From contig CP086569.2 of assembly GCA_009914755.4 (NCBI GenBank), forward strand, positions 21,376,001-21,440,000: a stretch of DNA of 64,000 nt. Direction: 5' to 3'. The translations under genes and the position numbers were made by a program. This stretch comes from the human T2T-CHM13v2.0 reference genome, Homo sapiens. Positions 17,501 through 34,274 of the stretch are shown piece by piece; the first letter of the stretch is position 1; each line of letters begins with the position of its first letter. The notes beneath the pieces are model-generated. The model ran no database searches and was not told where the DNA came from. It was given only the letters and a program-made list of their open reading frames with translations.

Positions 17501-19743
17501 TGGGGACCCTCTACAGCCAGAGCACTCTTCAACCTGGAATACAAAATAGGGAACTGCAAAATCTGGCTTTTTGTACTCTTTTTCTCAATGATTAGAGAGA
17601 TGAAAAGATAACGAAAAGGTGAGGGTAGGGATACCAGGAAGCAGTTGGACAAGGCAGAAGGAACAACAATGCAGCTATATCCACAAGAAAATCCAGCACT
17701 GTGAACTGTGCCTTGGCTATTTGCTCCTGCTCCTTCACCTCTGCCTGGCTCACAATCATCTCCTAGAAGCAAAAATTCCTTAAAGCACAGTCACGAAGCA
17801 GTATTTCGTCTTTATTTCCAGGTCCAGCTGAAATATAACCACATTTAAATAATGCGGTTTTCAATAATTTTCTTTATCAGAACCTCCCATCAGAGTCCAA
17901 GGGCAGAATTTGTTGAAGTGAGTGTTTTGACAGGATCTAAGAAAGAGTATCAGGACAGCTCAGGGACCCTATAGGGCACTGGAGGCACCAGGTGAGTAAA
18001 ACAACATGATATGTAAAACAAAGACATAGGTTACTGCTGACATGGGCTATGGCCAGGGTGGAAAGAGGCTTCAAGGACTGTGAAAACTAACCTTTGTACA
18101 TTTCCAAAATTGTGATATTTTGGAAGCCAAGCAGGAGCTGTTCTGATAGGTTTCAGGATAACGGCCTGCCATCCTGGAGTTGCTGATGAAATGCCTGTCA
18201 TTCCCTATACAAAGAAAGGCTGTTTGCAGGCTTACTTACCATTCACTTGCCTGCCCACGTATGCAGAAGTACAGAATGGGAGTGAGAAGGAAGGAGTCAG
18301 GTGACCTTTCAGGTTGTTGGTACGATGCTCTGGTTTGCTTTGTTGTGCTGACTTGGAGAGAAAGCTTAGCACACGATTCTGGGTATAGAAGCCTTAATGC
18401 CTAAGCAGCTCCTGGCTTAGGTTCACTGCCCTGAGAACTGCAGAAGCATAGACAACATGTTTTTTCATGCAAGTGAAAGCTGTAAAAACCTATAACCTTA
18501 ATAGCATGAATGTATTGATTCACTTATATCATCTTGCTCAAAAGCAGAGCAGGATTTTACCACCTTGATATTATGAGTACTTAGGATGTTGCCACTTATT
18601 TTTCAGCTGTGAAAATGTCCACTGCAGAATGCAGCATCTTCTAGAAAACCTTCCTGACAAGTTTCTTTCCTCCATCACTGTCTCAGGGTATGAGATTTTT
18701 AGTTTGCTGACAAATCTCTTTTGTCTGCTGACAACTACTTCTATGAATCTTTCCGCATACCAGACCCTGACAAAATTCACCCATATACTAAAGGTCCCAA
18801 TAAGAAACTCCTAGCCCCAGCTTTCCCCAATGTACCTCTGTCTCCACAAAACCTGGGCTACTACTGTACTGAATTACATTTCCTCCCCACCAAATAAGAT
18901 GCCGGTAAACAATCTTTCATTTGCTTCTGTAATCCATTTTACAAACTGTATTTATAATCAAGGCCCCAGGATGCTAGATGGACCCAACATTCAGTCCCAT
19001 TTCTAATGCCCATTTCTAATGCAGTAAGGGCAAGGGACTTTGCAAATATGGGATTCCTTGACAAAGACAGAGAAAAATAGAAAGAAAAACAAACAAGAAC
19101 ACATCCTATAATACATTCATTACTATGGCATATATGAACATGAATGGGGTAGTAAAAGCCCCTACAGATGTCTGCTTTGTATCTGGGTCTGCTCTGTGAG
19201 TCCATCTGAGTTATTTCCAGACCCAGGACAGTTACATTATGTCCTGAGCAAGCCCAAAGTACAGCCACCTGCTTTGAGATTTACCCTTTTATTGTGCCCC
19301 TCCCTTAAAGCTCTTATCATTATTTTTTGATCAGCCAGGGAATGTCCTGTGTCAGGTCTTGAGTTGGTTGATAAGCAGTGGCTCTAAGAAAGGTCAGCTA
19401 AGTTGGGCTGGTACACTCTCAGCCCTTTGACATCTCCTAATATATTGGCCTAGCAGGAAAAACAGTCAGAGACAAAGCAGGAGTGTACCTGAGATGAAGC
19501 GGAATTTAAGAATTGGAAGCTCAAACCCTGACACTTCCTGGCACACACACTGAGCTACGAAGTATTGTGTAATCTCTAAGGTCAGGCTTCTGGGTTCCTG
19601 AGAGACTCACAGTGGAAGACAACTGCAAGTCAGGTGCAGGGGTCCTCTGTCTTCTGCAATGGGAAGAAAGGCACTTCTGGAATTTTCTACTCAACTTTTC
19701 CCCTGTATTACGTAAAATAGGATTAAGAAGCAAAAAAAAAAAT

Positions 19744-20030
19744 TTTTTTAGACGGAGTCTCACTAGGTTGCCCAGGCTGGAGTGCAGTTGCACAATCTCG
19801 GCTCGCTGCAACTTCTTTCTCCTGAGTTCAAGTGATTCTCCTGGCTCAGCCTCCCCAGTAGCTAGGATTACAGGCACATGTCACCACACCTGGCTAATTT
19901 TTATATTTTCAGTACAGACAGGTTTTCACCATGTTGGCCAGACTGGCTGGTCTCGATCTCCTGACCTCGTGATCCGCCCGCCTCAGCCTCCCAAAGTGCC
20001 AGGATTAAAGACATAAGCCACCACATACAT
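19744..20030 (-). mobile_element. Alu SINE
   Basis: Poly-T then GAGACGGAGTCTCACTAGGTTGCCCAGGCTGGAGTGCAG ... CCTCAGCCTCCCAAAGTGCCAGGATTA. This is antisense Alu. Confidence 0.85.
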
Positions 20031-20769
20031 CCCCATAAAAAGCAAATTTTGAGCAAAGTTGTATCTTATCAACCAGGATTCAGATTGGAGACCACCTGGT
20101 AATACTGAGTGCTGTATGCTTTTGCTTTCAACCAGCATCATCACAAATGTCTTCCAAAGCCAGGATCCCTCTAAACACTTGCTTCCCTCCACTGATATGC
20201 ACTGTGACCCCAAAATGGTGGAGCAGAGAGTTAGTGGCATCTCAGTCCTTCAAATGTGCACCACTATTATTGTACAGTAGCAAGGGACTACCAAGTATGG
20301 GCAGATTCTTGACATCATACACTTGGACTACTTACTTTAGACTTCTTTTCTCCTGAATACAATTCACTGCCAGTTGACAGACATCCACAAAGTTTGAAAA
20401 TAGGGACTGTGTGACCCAACTTATGACACAGTCTGAATTACTGTTGGCATGATCATTGCTATTGCTCTCAAGATAATGCAATGATTTTTCATTAGTTGAG
20501 AACTCTGTGCAGAAAAAATAAAATAAAAATATATTACTTCAAATTACTAACTTTTCTTCATGAGAAGCAGCCAGAATGGAAACACAAAATTCCCACAGAA
20601 CATAATTGGTATTCTATGCTTTTGAGAGTAACTGCCAGTCCAAGGAAAGTGATTACAATGTGATTGAATTTTTTTAAAGCATGGCATGTTGTAGCAGTTG
20701 TAAGTTAGCATGCCTTCATTATGTTTGTGTCATTGCTGAGGTAAATATTCTACTTCACTGCCAGTCCTG

Positions 20770-21200
20770 TGAGTCTAGCATATATATATACACACATACA
20801 GATACACATATGCACACACACATTAAAATACATATGTATTTATATATAAAAATATATAATATATAAATATATAAATGTATATATGTATTTTATATATATT
20901 AAATATATAAATATAAAAAACATAAAATATATCTCATATATAATAGAATAGTATTATTTAATATATTATACATATTTATATATAAAATATATTATCTATT
21001 ATATATGATATAAAACATATTTTAATATATATTTATATATAAAATAATTACCTGTTATTAAGTTTTATGTATGGAACATTTATATATTTACATAATACAA
21101 TATATAACATATATTTATATATATAAATGCTCAATACATAAAATTTAATAATAAAATGTAACTATTTTAACAACAAATGACTTACATATTGCCTATATCA
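20770..21200. repeat. AT-rich low-complexity / (TA)n-(ATATAA)n-like simple-repeat block
   Basis: About 430 bp of almost pure A/T with degenerate TA, TATATAAA and ATATAAATATA periodicities. Confidence 0.7.
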
Positions 21201-21214
21201 TACTTTTTTATTAT

Positions 21215-21740
21215 TACCCTAGAATATGTTTCTTCTATTTTTTATTTTAAATTTTAGATTTTGTGGATACATAGTAGGTATATATATTTATGGGGAAAAT
21301 TACATATTTTGTTACAGGGATGCAGAGAGTGATAATCACAATAATAAGGAATGCGACATACATCCCCTCAGGCATTTATCTTTTGTATTGGCAACAGTTC
21401 AATTAAAGTGTTTTAGTAATTTTAAACATACAGTTAAATTATTATTAAATATAGCCATTCTGTTGTGCTATCAAATACTAGGTCCTGTTCTTCCTTTCTA
21501 ATTATTTTTGTACCCATCCCCCCCTCGCACATCATCCCCACTACCCATCCGAGCCTCTGGCAACCATCTTTCTACTCTTTATCTCCATTAGTCCAATTAT
21601 TTTGATTTTTAGATCCCACAAATAAGTGAGAACATGTGATGCTTGACCTCTAGTTTCATCCATGTTTCAAATAACAGAATCTCATTTTCTTTATGCATAA
21701 ATAGTACTCCACTCCATTGTACCACATTTTCTTGATCCGG
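21215..21740 (-). mobile_element. Old L1 (L1PB/L1MA-like) 3'-end fragment, antisense
   Basis: Antisense L1 3' region motifs: GTGGATACATAGTAGGTATATATATTTATGGGG, CATCCCCTCAGGCATTTATC, GTGAGAACATGTGAT, CATCCATGTT, CCACATTTTCTT. A leading poly-T is present. Confidence 0.6.
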
Positions 21741-21744
21741 TCAT

Positions 21745-22330
21745 CTATTAAACAGGAATGTAAAATAGTACATTCCTGGTGAATCACTGATCATCAGGGA
21801 AATGCAACATCAACATCATTAATCATCTGGGAAATGCACATTAAAATTACAGGGAGATACCATCTCATGCCTGTTAAAATGGCTTGTAGCAAAAAGACAG
21901 GTAATAACAACTGGCTTATAGCCAAAAGACAGGCAATAACAACTGGCTTATAGCCAAAAGACAGGCAATAACAACTGGCTTATAGCCAAAAGACAGGCAA
22001 TAAGAATTTCTGACAAGGATGTGGACAAAGACAGGCAATAACAATTGGCTTATAGCCAAAAGGATGTGGAGAAAGGCAATAAAAATTGGCTTATAGCCAA
22101 AAGACAGGAATAACAATTTCTGACAAGGATGTGGAGAAGATGGAACTTTGTATGAACAGTTTTGAGGTCTCTCAAAAAACTAAAAATAGAGATACCATAT
22201 GGTCAACTAATCCCATTGCTGGGTATACACTCAAAAGAAAGAAAATCAGTGTGTTGAAGAGTTTGTTATAGCACTGTTCACCATTGCTAATATCTGAAAG
22301 CAACCTGTGCCTATCAACAGAATAAACTTC
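21745..22330 (+). mobile_element. Old L1 (L1M/L1PB-like) ORF2 C-terminal / 3' fragment, sense, carrying an internal minisatellite expansion
   Basis: AATGCACATTAAAATTACAGGGAGATACCATCTCATGCCTGTTAAAATGGC ... GGATGTGGAGAA ... ATACCATATGGTCAACTAATCCCATTGCTGGGTATACACTCAAAAG. This matches L1 'ATGCAAATCAAAACCACAATGAGATACCA...GGATGTGGAGAAA...CCACTCCTAGGTATATACCC'. Confidence 0.6.
21881..22135. repeat. 32-bp minisatellite (~6-7 units) of TGGCTTATAGCCAAAAGACAGGCAATAACAAC, derived from L1 sequence
   Basis: Direct tandem copies are visible at 21881, 21913, 21945, 21977, 22037 and 22083, with variants (GTAATAACAA, GGAATAACAA). The unit corresponds to L1 'TGGCTATAATCAAAAAGACAGATAATAACAAG'. Confidence 0.8.
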
Positions 22331-25300
22331 TATTATTATTTAAGTTAAGTTGATGTTAGCCTCACACAGATTCTTCAGCAACTATTCCAGTAGAATACAT
22401 TGTTGTCATGGGAGATAACAGCTGCACACCTGTCATTCAAAGATGTAAGACAGCTCCACACCTGTTTACTTGAAAAGCTTTCAGTAAGACAAGGTGTGAA
22501 GGTGGAAAGTGGCTATATTGACATGTAACACAGTACAGGCCTAGTACAACATGCATGTTTGTAGCTCAGTTTTTATAATGTTGTAAATGTAAAAAAAAAA
22601 TTAAAAACATTCATAAGAATGTACAGAAATAAGATATTGTTTGTGCACCAGTACAATATACTTGTATTATAATTTTAAGTTAAATTATTAGAATATAAAT
22701 TTTAACAGAATTTCCAAGTTTATGGAGTGAAAAATCTACAGTATCTGGTAAGTTTTTGAAGAATGACACTTTATAAGATAAATTTAATGCAGCCTAAGTA
22801 TATAGTATTTATAATGCATAGTAGTGTACAGCAGGGCACTGGGCCTTCACATTCATTTACCATTCACTCACTGACTTACCCAGAACATCTTTCTGTCCTG
22901 CATTCTTCTCTCATTGTAAGTACTCTATATAGGTGTACCATATTTCACATCCTACATAACATGTTTACTGTACTTTTTAAATTTTTACACATGCTTAGAT
23001 GTAAAAATACTACTTTGTTATAATTGGCTTCAATATTTAGTATAGTAATAAATAGGATTGCAGCCTACAATGGATAGGCTATATGTTATAACTTTGGCAT
23101 GTAGTAGGCTATATTTATTTGTGAAAGTAAACTCTAAATTGTTCACTCAATAATGGAATTGCCAAAAATGCCTTTAAATCATTAAAAAATGCTTTAATGT
23201 ATTTGTAATTAGTTTGCATTGGTGGTGCCAGTGGGAGAATGGGAAGCTTGTCTTACTTTTTCCTTCAATCCACACACTTTCTGTAGCCCCAGAGTAGTTA
23301 ATTTATAGTATTTATTTTCTTAGATGATGCATTACTAGGGCTTTTATAAGGGAAAGAGGAAGTGGCAGGAACTCCCAGAGAAACAGGGTGTAACCACACT
23401 AAAAAATTGAAAAGCAGTTGCTCTGGTTTCTCTTCTAGCAGGATGCTATATAACATGCTTTTTTTTCTTACCTCTATAGACCTTTGAATTCAATAGCAAA
23501 TATTTTCTGCAGGACTCCTCCATGTCATCTAGGTTCAGACACTCACCCAGCATCTCTTTATTCAGGCATCAACCTGTACTCTGCATGTACATTGCATGTA
23601 CATCTACCACAATGTTTGGTCCTTGGTGATGTTGTCGAACCTATCTATAGAAGGAACAGGTGGTCAAATGTTAATATGCTTTTCAACTTGTTCCACTAGT
23701 GTATTAAATAGATGCATTTTATCCATATACACTAGCCTCAATGTATTCTCTCTCTCTCTTTCCTTTTATTGTCTATTAGATGAACAAACCGAGGCAGAAT
23801 ATCTTGCCCCTAGGATTCCTGTCTGTAAAAACCAACAGTAGCATTTTCATTTGTTCCTGGGACATTACAGAAAATGGGGGGCACTTGCTCAAGAGATTTC
23901 CCACCGTGAACACTGAGAAAGAATCCATGTTCAAAACTTAGAACTACATTACTGTAGGCTTCTAGGGGTTTCTGGGGATAGCAGCTAGGAATGGATGAGG
24001 GAAAATCTTAAACTGGATTATCTCAGGTATGGAAGGTTAAGTTATTCTATCCTGCCCTGCTTCTCACTCTATTCTGCCTATTCCTTTTCTTTGGTTTCAG
24101 TATTGAATGCAAGACAGTATTCCCTTTGCTAAGTGTACTGCTGGTCTAGAAAATATTTAGTAATATGCAGATTGTCTAGCAGGATGATTTTTAGGGGTTC
24201 ACATTTTCTAGTTTATAAGATCTTTCCCTGGAAACATCTCTTTCCCAATATTAGATATTGGCCAATATCCAAGTTGCAGCTTTGAAACCTTAGGAAGTCT
24301 CTTTGGACCACAGTGCTTATGTAGATTGCCTTTCTTCAGAGGAGATGCAGAGAAATGCTTGGGAAATGCATTTCCCCCATCTTGACATCTAATTTAGAAC
24401 AAAAATATTTTCTCACCTAGAAAAATATTGTTTCCTTTGAAAGGAGACAGTTCTCAGTCTTCTTTGCAACTTCCTATTAACCAATGACTGCTTTCTTACT
24501 TTACCCTATTCAAACTGTTTTCCTGCATGGGAGAGTTGTGCCTTTTTTCAACCTCAATTACCTTTCTGAAATGTAAAGGGAAAGGGAAAGCTTTCTGACT
24601 TAATTATAATAACTCTAGGCTCTGGCAATGTGTGTTTGATTCTTTCTGGAGATAAAGTACACTACCATGTGTTTCTTCCTCTTGAGAGCAGTAAAAAGTG
24701 GAGTGGGAGCCATTGAGATGAGAGAAAAAGGAAATCATAACTCTCTGATGTATTTTGTGCTGGTGATTTCTCCATCAGGGAGACAAGCTTGAGCTTAATT
24801 ACTGTCCAATGGAGTTAAACCCCTTGGCTGGGGAAGGGGAAATCTCCCATGGCATGTGGCAGAAAATGCCAGCCAGATGCCCTGGGTGCCTTGGGTCATG
24901 CATCCCAGCCCAGCAGGGAGGGGAGAAGTGAAAAACTGCTGCTCACTAGTCCGTCTTGTAAAAGGAATGAAGGCCATGTAAAGGACCCAGACCCCTTAAG
25001 CTCAGATGTTCGAAGATAAAAAGGCTTACAAACCACAGTGAGAGGTTTTGATTCCCTATTTTCCTCACCACTTCTTCAGGCCCCACATGGCATGCCTAAA
25101 AATATCGCAGGACATTTCCTTAGTTCAGCTAAAGATAAGATCCTTGTCTCATAACCACAAAAATTTAGTCTCACAGATGGTTTGAAAGGTGAGTAAAGCA
25201 AGGCTTTATTGGGTGAAATTTTTTTAAAAAAGGAAAAATAGGGACTCTCCACAAGGCTAGAGTTCCTCTCATTTGCTTCCCGCCTCACAGTTTGAATTCC

Positions 25301-26375
25301 AGGTTTTACACAGGAATAGGAGGGGCAAGGCTTCTCCCCACTGCAAATGTCATGAACTTCCGTGGCTCCATCTCAGTGTGCATTCCTCCCAGTGTGCAGG
25401 TTCGCTGACATTTTGCAAGAAACCCCCTCACAACTTTCTGTCTCAGCATAAAATCAGAATAAAGCTATCATTCTTTCTTGTGGTCTTTAGTGCAGCTCTC
25501 TTTCTAAAGTCCTAAAAGATAAAGACAAATGCAATAGAAATTGCCACACATTGCTTCAGTAATGTTCACAAAACCATAATGTTTTAGAAGCCACTCCTCT
25601 CTTTTTTTCCCCTAAGTTGGATACATATTTAGAGTATCCATGAGACAAATTACAGGAATACAAGCTGTCTCAAATCATTAAAACCACATGGGCATCCCAC
25701 CCAGAAAGCTGGCTAAGTGACTTGGTGTCACCTTGTTCACAGCAGAAGTTGTAGTCTACAGCCTCTATTCTTGCCACCAAACTTTTGATTTCCAATGAGA
25801 ATTAAAAGCCCACAGTTCCAGCATGCAGGCCACATGTCTGAAAACAACCTTTAAAACTACAACCCAGAACAAAGGAAGGGACTGTGATTCTTAGAGAAGT
25901 AAGTGCTTTTCAACTTCAAATCTCAGGCCAAGCATAGGCTCATTTAGGAATTTGGTGCCACTAGCATGAGGCAAAACATATATTAGAGAAGACTCACTCT
26001 GAAATAAAACCATGTAACAGGTTTTTACCAGAGAAACTAAGTGACCTAGGCTGAGTAGGCAAAATGAGCCCAGCAGCCCCCAGTCAAACTTGGGCAAAAA
26101 AGTCACCAGCCAATAAGTTTTTCTGTGACACTCACAAGGCTAAAGTTTATTTTCCCCTGTGGATAAAGCAGTTTTTATGAAAAGAAAATAGTAAAATAAC
26201 TATTTCATTGGTCTCTTTTTTCATAATCAAGATAATCTTGAATTAGTTAACAGCATAAAAATTTTTATATCAACACTAGTAGCAAAGTCAGCCAATTCAA
26301 ACTAAGCAAAAAATACATATGTAAGCAAAAGTATGTATACTTTATAGTTGTAGACTTTTAAAAATAACGATTTGT

Positions 26376-26690
26376 GGACCAGACACTATGGCTCTCACCT
26401 GTACTCCCAGAACTTGGGGAGCCTGCGGCAGGCAGATCACTTGATCTTGGGAGTTCAAAACCAGCCTGGCCAATGGTATGAAACCTGTCTCTAAAAAAAA
26501 AATACTAAAAATTAGCCAGATATGGTAGCATGTGCCTATAGTCCCAGCTGCTCAGGAGGCTGAGGCATGATAATCACTTGAACCCAGGAGGCAGAGGTTT
26601 TAGTAAGCCAAAATTGCACCACTGTACTCTATTCCAGGTGACAGATGAACATGGTCCTGACATAAAGCAATACAAATAAAAACAAAATAA
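26376..26690 (+). mobile_element. Alu SINE (diverged)
   Basis: GGACCAGACACTATGGCTCTCACCTGTACTCCCAGAACTTGGGGAG ... middle A-rich linker ... GTCCCAGCTGCTCAGGAGGCTGAGGCA ... A-rich tail. Confidence 0.8.
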
Positions 26691-27067
26691 CTATTTGAGC
26701 ACTATACATGAAATGTTTCTTGATGTAATTTGGCCATTCAATATAAAATGTGCACTAAAACAGGCCATCCTTTGTAACTAGATGAAGTCTAAGAAAACTT
26801 GGCAAACAATGTTTAAGAGTTTCATTTTGATAATTTCAATGTCATTTCTCTTTTGGTAAGTTTCTCTAGTTCAGGGAGATATTTGATGGATTGCTGATTA
26901 AAAATCAGTTCTCTGGTGCCTTGTCTTTGTTTTGATTTTCATTTTAAATTATTTGTTTCTCATCGGTACAGCTACAGAGAGAATTTTTAAATCCAGACTT
27001 TTAAAAATCACAAACTTTATCAATGAATCTTGAGTCCCTAGAAAGAAGTATTATGACACCAGAGTAG

Positions 27068-27383
<316 letters not shown>

Positions 27384-28431
27384 AGAGTTTTAAGAGAGAT
27401 GAAATGGGGTGGTTCCAAGATGGCCAAATAGGAACAGCTCCAATCTACAGGTCCAAGCCTGAGCGACACAGAAGACGGGTGATTTCTACATTTCCAACTG
27501 AGGTACCAGGTTCATCTCACTGAGGCTTGTCAGCCAGTGGGGGCAGAACAGTGGGTGCAGCCCACGCAGCATGAGCCAAATCAGGGTGAGATATCGCCTC
27601 ACCCGGGAAGTGCAAGGGGTAAGGGAATTCCCTTTCCTAGCCAAAGGAATCCGTGACAGACAGCACCTGGAAAATTGGGTCACTTCCACGCTAACAAAGT
27701 TTTTCCAATGGTCTTAGCAAACGGTACAAAAGGAGATTATACCAGGCGCCTGGCTTGGAGGGTCCCACACCCACAGAGCCTTGCTCATGGTTAGCACAGC
27801 AGTCTGAGATCCAGCTGCAAGGCTGCAGCAAGGCTGGGGGAGGGGCGCCCACCATTGCTGGTTGGTAAACAAAGCAGCCAGGAAGCTCAAAATGGGTGAA
27901 GCACACTTCAGCTCAAGGAGGCCTCCCTGCCTCTGTAGACTCCACCTCTGGAGGCAGGACATAGTCAAACAAAAGGCAGCAGAAGCCTCTGCAGACTTAA
28001 ATGTCCCTGTCTGACAGCGTCAAGGAGAGTAGTGGTTCTCCAAGCATGGAGTTTGAGTTCTGAGAATGGACACAGTGCCTCCTCAAGAGGGTCCCTGACC
28101 CCCTGAACACCAAGTAGCCTAACTGGGAGGCACCCCCCCAGTAGGGGCAGACTGACACTTCACATGGCTGGGTACCCCTCTGAGAGGAAGCTTCCAGAGG
28201 AACGATCAGGCAGTAGCATTTGCTGTTCAGCAATATTCACTGTTCTGCAGCCTCTGCTGCTGATACCCAGGCAAACAGGGTCTGGAGTAGACCTCCAGCA
28301 AATTCCAATAGACCTGCAACTGAGGGTCCTGACTGTTAGAAGGAAAACTAACAAACAGAAAGGACGTCCACACCAAAACCTCATCTGTACATCACCATCA
28401 TCAAAGACCAAAGGTTGATAAAACCACAAAG

Positions 28432-29443
28432 ATGGGGAAAAAACAGAGCTGAAAAGCTGAAAATTCTAAAAATCAAAATGCCACTCCCTCTCCAAAGGAA
28501 CACAGCTCCATGCCAGCAAAGGAACAAAGCTAGATGGAAAATGACTTTGACGAGTTGAGAGAAAAAGGCTTCAGAAGATCAAACTTCTCTGAGCTAAAGG
28601 AGGAAGTTCGAATGCATGGCAAAGAAACTAACAACCTTGAAGAAAGATTAGATGAATAGCTAACTAGAATAAACAGTGTAGAGAAATCCTTAAATGACCT
28701 GACGGAGCTGAAAACCATGGCATGAGAACTACGTGACAAATGCACAAGCTTCGGTAGCTGATTCAATCAACTGGAAGAAAGGGTATCAGTGATTGAAGAT
28801 CAACTGAATGAAATGAAGCAAGAAGAGAAGTTTAGAGAAAAAAGAGTAAAAAGAAATGAATAAAGCCTCCAAGAAATATGGGACTATGTGAAAAGACCAA
28901 ATCTACGTCTGATTGGTATACCTGAAACTAACGAGGAGAATGGAACCAAGTTGAAAAACACTCTGCAGGATATTATCCAGGAGAACTTCCACAACCTAGC
29001 AAGGCAGGCCAACGTTCAAATTCAAGAAATACACAGAACGCTACAAAGATGGAGAAGAGAAACTACAAGACACATAATTGTCAGATTCATCAAAGTTGAA
29101 ATGAAGGAAAAAATATTAAGGGCAGCCCAGAGAGAAAGGTCGGGTTACCGGCAAAGGGAAGCCTGTCAGACTAACAACGGACCTCTTGGCAGAAACTCTA
29201 CAAGCCAGAAGAGAGTGGGGGCCAATATTCAACATTCCTAAAGAAAAGAATTTTCAACCCAGAATATCATATCCAGCCAAACTAAGCTTCATAAGTGAAG
29301 GAGAAATAAAATCCTTTACAAACAAGCAAAGGCTGAGAGATTGTGTCACCACAAGGCCTGCCCTACTAGAGCTCCTGAAGGAAGCACTAAACATGGAAAG
29401 GAACAACCGGTATCAGCCACTGCAAAAACATGCAAAATTGTAA
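28432..29443 (+). pseudogene. L1 ORF1 (ORF1p, RNA-binding chaperone) remnant, interrupted by stops and frameshift
   Basis: ATGGGGAAAAAACAGAGC start. The coiled-coil, RRM-like region 'NLRLIGIPE' and C-terminus 'RYQPLQKHAKL*' are recognisable, but the reading frame is broken (ORF track 28888-29241 and 29186-29443 lie in different frames). Confidence 0.75.
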
Positions 29444-29507
29444 AGCCCTTCGATGCTAGGAAGAAACTACATCAACTAACGAGCAAAACAAACAGCTAAC
29501 ATCATAA

Positions 29508-33331
<3,824 letters not shown>

Positions 33332-33550
33332 ACAATGAGAACACATGGACACAGGAAGGGGAACATCGCACACTGGGGCCTGTTGTGGGGTGGGTGGAGG
33401 TGGGAGTGATAGCATTAAGAGATATACCTAATGTTAAATGAGGAGTTGATGGGTGCAGCACACTAACATGGCACATGTATGTATATGTAACTAACCTGCA
33501 CGTTGTGCACAAGTACCCTAAAACTTAAAGTATAATTAAAAAGAAAAAAG

Positions 33551-33941
33551 AAAATGTGGCACATATACACCATGGAATACTATGCAGTCATAAAAAACGA
33601 TGAGTTCATGTCCTTTGTATGGACATGGATGCATCTGGAAACCATCATTCTCAGCAAACTATCACAAGGACAAAAAACCAAACACTGCATGTTCTCACTC
33701 ATAGGTGGGAATTGAACAATGAGAACACTTGGACACAGGAAGGAGACCATCACACACCAGGGCCTGTCGTGGGGTGGGTGGATGGGGGAGGGATAGCATT
33801 AGGAGATAAAGCTAATGTAAAAGACAAGTTAATGGGTGCAGCACACCAACATGGCACATGTATACATATGTAACAAACCTGCACGTTGTGCACATGTACC
33901 CTAGAACTTAAAGTATAATAAATTAAAAAATAAATAAATAA
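33551..33941 (+). mobile_element. Second, diverged L1 3'-terminal fragment (~390 bp) appended directly after the full-length L1; interpreted as a 3'-transduced sequence
   Basis: AAAATGTGGCACATATACACCATGGAATACTATGCAGTCATAAAAAACGATGAG ... TAAAGTATAATAAATTAAAAAATAAATAAATAAA. It is ~90% identical to the last 385 bp of the upstream L1. The 14-15 bp TSD (A)AGAGAGATGAAATG lies at 27392-27406 and 33942-33956 and brackets both pieces together. Confidence 0.85.
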
Positions 33942-34274
33942 AAGAGAGATGAAATGAAAAGGAGAAGCAAGCAAAGAAGAAAAGAAGTTGTCTGCACCAT
34001 TTTATTTTATTTTCCTAGTTAATGGAGTATCTTTGTTCCAACTGAGCATACAGGTCAACTAATTTACAGGTTTTACATGGCTTTTGCTTAGACAACCAAA
34101 GTCTTCTCCCATTTGGGGCCAAATATTGTTACACAGACTGAAAATACACATAGTTAAACAAAAGTCAGCATTAGATTAGACTGAGTTATAAGTGGTTTCA
34201 GCTTTTTAGTATTGCTTTTATTCTGTGAGACATGAACCCAAAGAAAATTCAAAATCTAACCTGACCAGGATCCC

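Larger units (their letters stand above)
14500..24200. repeat. Copy 2 of the ancient ~7.8-kb tandem segmental duplication
   Basis: Same anchor set as copy 1. It is interrupted by later insertions: an Alu at 19744-20030, an AT-rich expansion at 20770-21200 and old L1 pieces at 21215-22330. Confidence 0.5.

Noticed and set aside
10720-19330. Pair of ~600-700-bp homologous blocks (10720-11450 and 18590-19330) in direct orientation ~7.9 kb apart, first considered as LTRs of a degraded ERV (copy 1 ends in A14)
   Set aside because: Homology continues well beyond both blocks on both sides at the same offset, so they are simply part of the larger tandem segmental duplication. No pol/gag remnants lie between them.
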